This document shows positions 52,296 to 60,000 of a stretch of 60,000 nt of DNA, piece after piece; the stretch's first letter is position 1; every line of letters starts with the position of its first letter. The DNA lies in contig NC_087249.1 of assembly GCF_037042905.1 (NCBI RefSeq), positions 6,512,001 to 6,572,000 of the forward strand, read 5' to 3'. This stretch comes from Lytechinus pictus (taxonomy: Eukaryota). Under the pieces are notes generated by a model. The model worked only from the letters and a program-made list of their open reading frames with translations, did not search any database and was not told where the DNA came from. A program made the translations under genes and the position numbers.

Positions 52296-55200
52296 CCCTC
52301 ACCATCATCATCATAATAGGCATCATTATCATCATTTTCATCATCATCACTATCATCATCATCACTATCACCAACATCACTATCATCATTGTTTGATACA
52401 TCGTGAGACAACTGGTTATTTCTTCTACTCAATCCTTCACCACGATGAACCTCTTCCACATCATCATCATCATCACTATCATAATCCTCATCACCCTCAT
52501 CACTAATTGGCAATATAAGCATTATATTTCTTTCATGCATACTTTCTTTGTTCTGTCTTGCTTTTACAAAACTATGAAACCCCAAAAGCATTACAATTAT
52601 ATGAATTGTTACTCTGAGGCCCGTTTTATTAAGATTTATCGTCATGGTAAAGTTGCCACAATAATAACTACAATGGAAACCTTGATTGACATTGGCTGCC
52701 TGGCCCTGTTACACGGTAGTAGCCATAATTGGTAAGGTTACCATAAGCATTAATGCTTTATGAATAGGCTCAAGATAATGGAAGCCAGGTTTGGTTTATA
52801 AAGTTACCTTCTTCACTGTTGATGAGGTGTTTTAGTTCCTTGACCTTTGCAGCAGGACCAGGTTTACGGTAAATACCCTCTGTATAGAGGCCATTGACCT
52901 CCACCGTAGTGATGAGGCGCTCAAGGACGACAGGGATACGCATCTCCTCGTTGACTAAGTCTTCTAACCTGCCGCCGATCACGATCCCTTTCACCCCGTG
53001 AGGCTTGCCACGGCAGACCTGAATGGACTTTGAACAACACTTCTTGTGACAGGTGTACTTGCAGACTGAAGGGGTAAAACATGAGAGAGAAACATAAGTT
53101 TGATGTATTCCATTATTTCTGTTCTCCTTTTCATTTGGTTGCATTTCCATGTATTATATTCTTCTTTGAAATGTTTCATTATTATCCAATTGTTCATTCA
53201 TTCTTTCATGTTTTCATTCATTATATTGGTGCTATAATTCATTCATTCTATAGAACTTTTTCAGTATGTCATTCATACATCCAACCATCCATCAATTCAT
53301 CCATCCACCCCTTCGTCCATTCATCCACCCATTCATTCATTACATCCATCCATCTATCCAACCAACCATCCAGCCATCTAACAATCCATAAATTCACCCG
53401 TCCCTAAATAACAATAATAATAACACTTCTCTAATATAGTGCATAATAAACTGAAAGTTTCCTCTATGTGCTTTACAATAAAGGAAACAAAATACATATA
53501 ATACAAACAAAGAAAATAGACTTGTGAATTACAGAATTACTTAATATTTAAACTTACAATTATTACCAATAAAATAATTACCTATACTACACCTAGTTAT
53601 GAGTCCATCAAACCATCCATCAATTCATTCATCCATCCATCCAACCATCCAACATATCAACCAACCTTTCATTCCTTCATTCCTCTAACCATCCATCCAT
53701 CCATACATACTACAAAGAATACATGAAACTTATGGTAACTTTTTCAACCCTCAAAATACTTTCATGTATTTCACTTGCCTGAGCAAGATACCAACACTTG
53801 ACAATTCCAAAAGAAATGAATTTGCACCTATCTTTTAACAGTTCTCACAATTCGCTTTCAGATCGCAAAAATATCACCCATGACCCTTGGGAAAATCAAC
53901 TAACTTATGAGTATTTTCTTTGTCGGGACACCACACTACAACACCTCAAGAAAAGCTTGTGCCTGATATCTTAACAGGAATCCCTCTCAGTGACTTTTTA
54001 AGAGCAAGTATCCTGCATTCCAAATTGTTCTCTCTTTGCTGAAATAAGATGATTAAAAAGGAAAAGGAGCTAAGGGATTCCTACAGAGAGGTTGTCAGAC
54101 TTTCACTAAGATGCCTAATTCGGTGCCATATTTTGTTTTGGCACAGGAAAAACATACAATGTACCTGCCAGTTGTTCATGATCAGTTAGGAGTGAATATT
54201 CTTCACAACATTGATTGTCTCACCTTGACACACATAGCCCTTTTCCATGAGCCACAGGAAGTTAGTACACGTTTCACATGCAGTGGGAATTCCCAACTGA
54301 ACGCTAAGAAACTTGTGGCCAGCGTGTTCAAAGACCTCTTCTTTCTTCTCCTTCTTTCTCTTTGGTTCTTTCACCTGTCGAGATAATGAAAGCATGAATA
54401 GTAAATATTGTAAGTTTATTCAAACATTTAATGACACAAAAGCAAGAACAATGCCACTTCTCCAATTTCGTTAGCATGGGTACCCGGCAGGATTAGTTCC
54501 TTTAATGCGCCAATTGCCTTTAGCAGCTGGAGCTACAGCCGGGGTAATATATAGCGTGTCATTGAATAGGCAACTAGATAATCAGCCCATCATAAATGCT
54601 ATATGCATTATTATTATCATTATCATATTATTGTTGGTGAAGTAGGTGGTGGTATTGATTATGAATGTTGTCATTACTATAACTATTATAACATTATGAT
54701 CACTATCATCACCATCATCATCATCATCACCATCATTATTATCATCATAATTCATCATCATTATTACTTCTATTAATATCATCATCATCATCATCATCAT
54801 CGTTGTCGTCATTATCATCATTTTTTTTCATTAGAAGACTGTTTCATAAAGAATTACAACTACGGTAACTTTGTCATTAAAGCGACTACCATAGTAACAA
54901 GGACTCGGTAGCCAATCACGCTGAAATGTTCCATAGTAATTAAAACAATGGCAAAGGTACCATAGTTCTAAGTCTTTACTAAACAGCCCCCTGAATATAC
55001 ATGTAGGAGGGGGGCAATGATACACTTTCCTACTTTTTTGCAGATACAGTATTATCCTTAACATTATTGTAATTATCATCATTTAAGAGGGGGAAGGGTT
55101 GATATCAGAATGTGAATATACCTTTTTGCGGTTATCCGATGGTTTATACTGATGCATGAATTCATCAAGGAAACCCCGGAACGCATTGATACCAAGGGTG

Positions 55201-58200
55201 AGGGGGAATGTGGTGTTGTTGGCATCTTCGTACTGCTTGGCTACTATACTAAGAACCTGCTCAAAGTTGGACATCAGGTGGCGGTACTGCAGATGGACAT
55301 TACCATCCTGTAGAGAAGATGATGAAACAAAGAACAGATAATGGTTAGTTTACCCAATATACATGCTAGTAAAAACACAGGGTGGATGATTCGCACAAGG
55401 AGTGGAAGAGGCAGGGGATGGGAGGAGGAGGAGGATGAGGACAAGAAGGAAGTTTAGGATGAAAATAATAAATATAGAGGGGAGGAGGTGAAAGAAGAAA
55501 AAGATTACAAGACAGAGGAGAGGAGGGGAGGAAGTGGGGCAGGAGGAGAAGGAAGAGTAGCAAGAGGACGAGGAGGATGAAAATAAGAGGACAAAGAGGA
55601 GAGGAGGTGAAGAGGAGAAGGAAGTTTATGATGAGGATAAAGGAAAAGAGAGCAAAGAGGGAGGGAGGAGGAGGATGAAAAAAAGAGGTGAAAGAGGGCA
55701 GGAGCAGGAGATAGAAGAAAAGGAGGGAAAGGAAATGGAGAAGGGGGCAGAAATATGCAGAAGAGGAGAAAGTGGAGAAGACAAATGAAAAGATGGTGGG
55801 CGAGGAGGAGGTGGCAAAAAAGGAAGATGAAGATAAGAACAGAGAGAAGGGGTTGAAAGAGAAGAAGTTTGTTCAATAGGAAACATACTACAAATATTCG
55901 AAACCAGCCAATTGTAGGATTTGATTGACAAGATGATCAGTTTATGCTGATGTACATGTAGATTATCATCTCTTGCCAAAGAGGTCAAGAGATGCAGAGA
56001 AAAGTCTAATCACCTTCAAACTTTGAAAAAGAGATGAGTACCATTGGTATTGATATTTTTTTCTTAATTACATTATGCATGCCACTTAAAAGATAATAAG
56101 GAGGAAAATGATGCAGTAGCACTCCAGGGTCCAGGGCGCCGTTTCATGAAGCTGTTCGGAAGTTAAGAGTGACTTTAAGAATAACTGGTGATCGTTTCTT
56201 GTAGTAAATGATATAAACCAAATTTTCATTGATGTCGATTGAGCTCCTAAGAAGGGTTCACCAGTCATTCTTAAAGTCGCTCTTAACAGCTTTATGAAAC
56301 ACCCACCGGAAGAGTTAGATACAATACCATTTCATGGGGTACTTTGTTTGCACCCAGTAGTGGGTCTGTCGGTATTGTCTTATTCAGCTAGATCCACCCG
56401 TACATACAATGATGTATACTCACATGTAATGTGACTGAGTATGTACTGATAAGGTTTTCCTTGAATTTCTTGAGCGCTTTCTTGAAGACTACATCCACCT
56501 GACTGTATGTTTGGCCCATCTCGTCGACCTACAATGAAATTTTTCATGAAAGATATGGTTAAAACAATCAACTGAATCATTTAAATAATTCATCCATCCA
56601 CCTCTTAACCTGTGTAAAGTTGTGGAATCCAACCAAATACACAAGAGGAAACTTAAGACCAGTTGGGGGATTGCTGACAGTTTAAACAGATATTGCATGG
56701 TATGAATGTCTAATGCTTGAGTAAACCTCACGCTTCAAACATCGTTTCCATTTCGTTTCTTTGAAATTTCTCCCTTCACCCTTACAATGTATATAGCCCT
56801 GTCTATTTTGTAACCGCATGGAGCAGGGCGCAGTATCTACATTTGGTTGCATTGTGCCATAAAAGGTAGGTCCCTGACATAAATAATCATATCTACAGTA
56901 ATCCATATACATCTGTAAAAAAAAAAAAAATAAACTGCACACGAGCCACACCTTTGTTTGGATGAAGTTATTCATTTGTTCCAATGCCTGGGCATCACTG
57001 ATGAGTTTATCCGTAGGATACCTCCACTGGGACATACCATGAAAGTTGATATTCCCCTGATTCGTACGAGTTCTTTTCGGAACGGGTGAATTCACTGTTC
57101 CAGAGTTTTTCCTCCCCGTCGGAGGTTTCCGTTGCTGCGGGGACGTCCGCCCGCCTCCGGGCGTCGGCTTCTCGTTTGTCTTGTCGTTGAGGGCAGCAGA
57201 CTTGGAGCTGGAAGTACTCTTGATGCTACCCTGCTCCTCGATGAGCAGCGCCTGGTCTGACGGCGACCGCCTAAACCGTCGCTTGAAGTTGTGCTTGTAG
57301 CGTTTGAAGAGATTCTTGGTGGGTGCGTTGGGCGATTCTGGAGTTCGAGGATTGCTGTCCATGTCTGACAGGAGAGGGGATCTGGGTGAGCTAGGTGGGA
57401 CCTCATCTTCAGTGGTGGACGAATCAGAGATGATGGATGAAGGCCTCCCAACAACAATATCAACCTACATGAAAGGACACATGGGTTAAATCATTTTGAC
57501 CATACAAAGAAAGGTTCATTCAAACTCGGATGTTTAACCTTCAAAATAAAATGAATCCTACAATTATACATCAGTCTTCTACCAACAGATACATGTATGT
57601 TCAACATGTGATGTCATTACAGTAATGCAGGACATCCATTATCACAAAGCAAGAAACTCTGGCCTATCTAACAGCTAACTACAACAAGTATAGAGCTATA
57701 CTAGGATGGCGTGAGTCTTACTTCAGTCTGAGCTTGACTCGACTATTGATATTACTTAAATTAAAGTTGCATCCCAAAAACTTCGCTAGATATAGGTACA
57801 TCACCTCAATTGGCTAGAGAGCAATGATATTCATGGGAAAATATCTCACCTTTCCCTTTGGACTAAGTGGTGGCGATGGTCTGATGGGTAGAACCTTATC
57901 CCTGTCCTCAATCTCCAACTCCTCCGCATCATCTTCTTCTAAGATGATGTCATCTGTTGCTATGACAATCACCTCTTCTCCATTCACCTCAGCTGCTTTC
58001 ACTGTTTTCTCCTTATTCTCTTCCTCCGCTACATGCTCCTCCTCCTCCTCGTCTCTCCCAAAGGGTGTTTCTTCCAGCGAGTCGATGACGGTCTGCAGAT
58101 CAGCCAGCTGATCTGTCAACTGCATCGAGGAAGTCCTTGAGACAACGCTACCACCTAGCATGGGCTTCTTGAGGGCAGGTGTTATGGAATCAAGCTTTTT

Positions 58201-59057
58201 GGTTTCAACGGTTTTAGGAGTTCTATTTTGACTCGAATTGCTCTCTACGGAAGAGTCCGAGGATAATGTTTGTTGGCTGGGGCGCTCAGTGGAGGAGTCC
58301 CTCTCGCTCTTACGATCTTGGGACGAGGACCGTGAGCCGAAGCGATCCTGCGAGCTTGCCCTTGCCATGTATTCACGGGCCATGTCCCTGACCTTACCTT
58401 GCCTGTCAGAATGAATGAAAACATACCAAAAACTTGCAGATGAGGCTCACAGCTTTTACGTATCATAGTCAGTCAAGTATCACTGGTGTACTTGTGCTTT
58501 TACATTATCAACATATGTTTAACTGTCTCACCATCTTAAACACAACAGAAACACCTATTCAATATTAATATGTGGAATATTATTTTCTCTCTTCAATATA
58601 TCAAGAATCTAACACATTTCATTAGCTACAAATCAAATCTATGAATAGCTGCTTCACTAAAAATGAGGTTGACATGACTACAACAATATTAATGCAAATA
58701 TCTAAACAAATACCTATGGAATAAACACAATCACACTGTCAGGAAACGAACAAACTTTCTGATGAAATAATTCTGTCTACCGATTATATAAAGTCTAGAA
58801 AGAGAAGGGGTGTCTACCTTGCCAGGGATCTCCGGAGAGGGGAAACATCCGGTATTGGGCTTATAGGTGGGCCCACTTCCACGTTGACACCGTCGTTGAA
58901 CGAAGGAGACAGAAGTGCACTGGGACTAGGGGGTACGGGGATTGTAGGAGAGGTGGGCAGGCCAAGGGTAGTGGGGTGAGAGGGACCGGACGAGGTGGTA
59001 GGCTCATCGAGGAGGAGCTCGTCGGATCCTAACGAACCCTCGTGGACTCCACTGCTC
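36958..59057 (-). CDS. MYO9: Unconventional myosin IX (MYO9A/B-like) tail: C1, RhoGAP and coiled coil; the 5' part lies right of the window
   Basis: Exons 59057-58818, 58402-57850, 57464-56952, 56528-56424, 55307-55122, 54374-54224, 53065-52808, 51324-51090, 50213-50082, 49555-49429, 42489-42344, 37393-36958; all GT-AG and phase-compatible. Motifs INAFRGFLDEF, GHKFLSVQLGIPTACETC...CKYTCHKKC (C1), and GLYTEGIYRKPG, FREMPEPLLT, NKMSASNLAIVFAPCIL (RhoGAP). Confidence 0.9.
40227..40679. mobile_element. Harbinger-like MITE
   Basis: aggtggttacagaccgcct ... aggcggtttgaaaccacct, with aat on both flanks. Confidence 0.75.
41019..41609. mobile_element. Inverted copy of the 6192-6780 MITE
   Basis: aggtcaagtccacc ... 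ggggtgcacttgtcct|ttaa. Confidence 0.8.
42075..42113 (+). ncRNA. Candidate minimal type I hammerhead ribozyme (Penelope-like element remnant)
   Basis: gcc(t)-CCGACGA-a-gattc[tgcta]ggatc-GAAA-gctta-ggc: core boxes, stem II, palindromic AAGCTT stem III and a short stem I. Confidence 0.5.
42344..42783 (-). CDS. MYO9: Myo9 penultimate exon (42489-42344) with an in-frame upstream extension to an ATG at 42783 (putative alternative first exon)
   Basis: accATGG context; MGSSGSKHKKPKK...; internal acceptor ccctgaaatgcag|ATC; ends LENVLTEQMMTLQREK with AA|gtgagt. Confidence 0.75.
49429..49555 (-). CDS. MYO9: Myo9 exon (post-GAP helix)
   Basis: CLEIIIHEKMLKMKRALHDISTLERAFNSASMHLTDLRNSLH; |gtaagt donor. 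Confidence 0.88.
50082..50213 (-). CDS. MYO9: Myo9 exon (end of RhoGAP)
   Basis: IAENENSNKMSASNLAIVFAPCILK. Confidence 0.92.
51090..51324 (-). CDS. MYO9: Myo9 exon (RhoGAP)
   Basis: VIAQVLKSFFREMPEPLLTYQLY...LERLIFHLAR. Confidence 0.92.
51370..52503. repeat. Degenerate (CAT/CAC)n microsatellite in a Myo9 intron, interrupted by a SINE
   Basis: Visible trinucleotide array; it is the source of the poly-M/H/I/D ORFs. Confidence 0.95.
51675..51970 (-). mobile_element. tRNA-derived SINE with Deu/Nin-like central domain
   Basis: Minus strand has A box TGGCCCAGTGG, B box GGTTCGAATCC, core ctcaacccaggtg..aatgggtacccgg and a (TTA)n tail. Fragments of the same family lie at 54477-54550 and 59820-59900 (+). 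Confidence 0.88.
52808..53065 (-). CDS. MYO9: Myo9 exon (end of C1, start of RhoGAP)
   Basis: CKYTCHKKC...IPVVLERLITTVEVNGLYTEGIYRKPG. Confidence 0.92.
54224..54374 (-). CDS. MYO9: Myo9 exon (N-terminal half of C1)
   Basis: EHAGHKFLSVQLGIPTACETCTNFLWLMEKGYVCQ. Confidence 0.9.
55122..55307 (-). CDS. MYO9: Myo9 exon
   Basis: DGNVHLQYRHLMSNFEQV...FPLTLGINAFRGFLDEFM. Confidence 0.88.
55400..55865. repeat. Purine-rich (GGA/GA) low-complexity tract
   Basis: Nearly all A/G on the + strand. Confidence 0.85.
56132..56304. mobile_element. Harbinger-type palindromic MITE
   Basis: gggcgccgtttcatgaagctgtt ... aacagctttatgaaacaccc. Confidence 0.7.
56424..56528 (-). CDS. MYO9: Myo9 exon
   Basis: VDEMGQTYSQVDVVFKKALKKFKENLISTYSVTLH. 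Confidence 0.85.
56952..57464 (-). CDS. MYO9: Myo9 exon
   Basis: VDIVVG...SQWRYPTDKLISDAQALEQMNNFIQTK; canonical splice sites. Confidence 0.85.
57850..58402 (-). CDS. MYO9: Myo9 exon
   Basis: Open frame QGKVRDMAREY...PLSPKGK; |gtgaga donor. Confidence 0.82.
58818..59057 (-). CDS. MYO9: Myo9 exon (Pro/Ser-rich)
   Basis: ttacag| acceptor, AG|gtagac donor; phase 2 into the next exon. Confidence 0.75.
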
Positions 59058-60000
59058 CTGTAACAGGGTAACAGGAGGATATTACTGCTATAATGAAGAC
59101 CACGCATAACCATCGGAAAAAATTAAAATTCTGGGAATATACACAAAGAACAGGTGCCCAGAATAGTGTCCAATGTTTACATTTCAATTTTGATTGTGCA
59201 AAAGTGAAAGGAAATTACTCTAAACACTAGATAATGATATTTATTGACAGAGTCATGCAACACAATGTATAATGATACATAATTGGATCTAGGAAAAAAT
59301 CATTAAGTTCTTACATGTACATGAAACACATTTCTCACAGATTTCTAAAATACAGAAATGCTTTTTTTCATTCAAAATCATCTCACATACAACAAAAGTA
59401 AAATTCTTGTTCAAGAGTCTTTTTATAACTTCCTATATATTTTCCTATTATCCCTCTCATCTTTCTTACAGCTTCCAACGTAATAGAAACAAAATACCAC
59501 CAATTCCCGTATTGGTGTGTACTTGGCAGGCTACACATACTTTGTTTTTCATACATGTTCTGATTTCTTACCTTGAACACAACAGTTTAGTCATGTTGTC
59601 TTGAAATACATAACCACTAACATAAAAAAAAATCACCCTCTTCACTTTTTTTGCAACATAAAATACCCACAAAAATGACAAAATGCCTTCTAACCTTCTC
59701 CCACTTATACATGTACCACATAGCCATAATCTTCACATTCTATTTTCAAATATTCTGTATAAAGGTTTATCAGAACTAGCCTACAATACAAGAATTGTGT
59801 ACATTAATAATAGACACATAATAATAATAATAGGGCCTGCTAGGAGAACAGGAACTGAAGTGGCTACCCTGGGTAAATATAATGCTATTATTATCATAAT
59901 TATTATTATGTATATGCCCCCTCCATGAGATCATCTCCATTGTGGAGTTTGCTTTCATCAAGAGAAGTTTATACTTATTGTAAATGACTATCAAAGTCAT

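Noticed and set aside
51086..52735. Long poly-Met/His/Ile/Asp ORFs
   Set aside because: They are translations of a (CAT)n microsatellite. The flanking RhoGAP exons (52808 and 51324) splice directly in phase.
55366..55988. Leu/Pro/Ser-rich ORFs
   Set aside because: Low-complexity purine/pyrimidine tract within a Myo9 intron.

Overview
AT-rich, intron-rich metazoan genomic DNA. The repeat families and the type of RAG1-like relic suggest an echinoderm, probably a sea urchin (inference). There are three host genes: (1) the first coding exon of PARP16 (- strand, 699-890, running off the left edge); (2) a complete 10-exon FBXL6 (+ strand, 3733-14105, 581 aa as spliced by hand), head-to-head with PARP16; (3) the 3' half of an unconventional myosin IX gene (- strand, 12 exons, 59057-36958, with C1 and RhoGAP domains). 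The myosin IX tail carries a capping-protein-interaction (CPI)-like motif, and there appears to be an alternative N-myristoylated short isoform starting at 42783. Between FBXL6 and the myosin lies a dense cluster of decayed transposon genes (about 15.9-26.7 kb), nearly all on the - strand. It contains a YqaJ/lambda-exonuclease relic with an in-frame 144-bp duplication, a RAG1-like (RAG transposon) fragment, a 3-exon BEN-domain-like gene split by a TTAA-flanked element, inverted Helitron-like 3' ends, and a Harbinger element with a Polinton-type DNA polymerase B fragment between its two ORFs. Introns and intergenic DNA hold many MITEs, a CR1 3' end, tRNA-derived SINEs, a candidate Penelope-type hammerhead ribozyme and microsatellites. 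All protein family calls are from recalled motifs; no database search was run.
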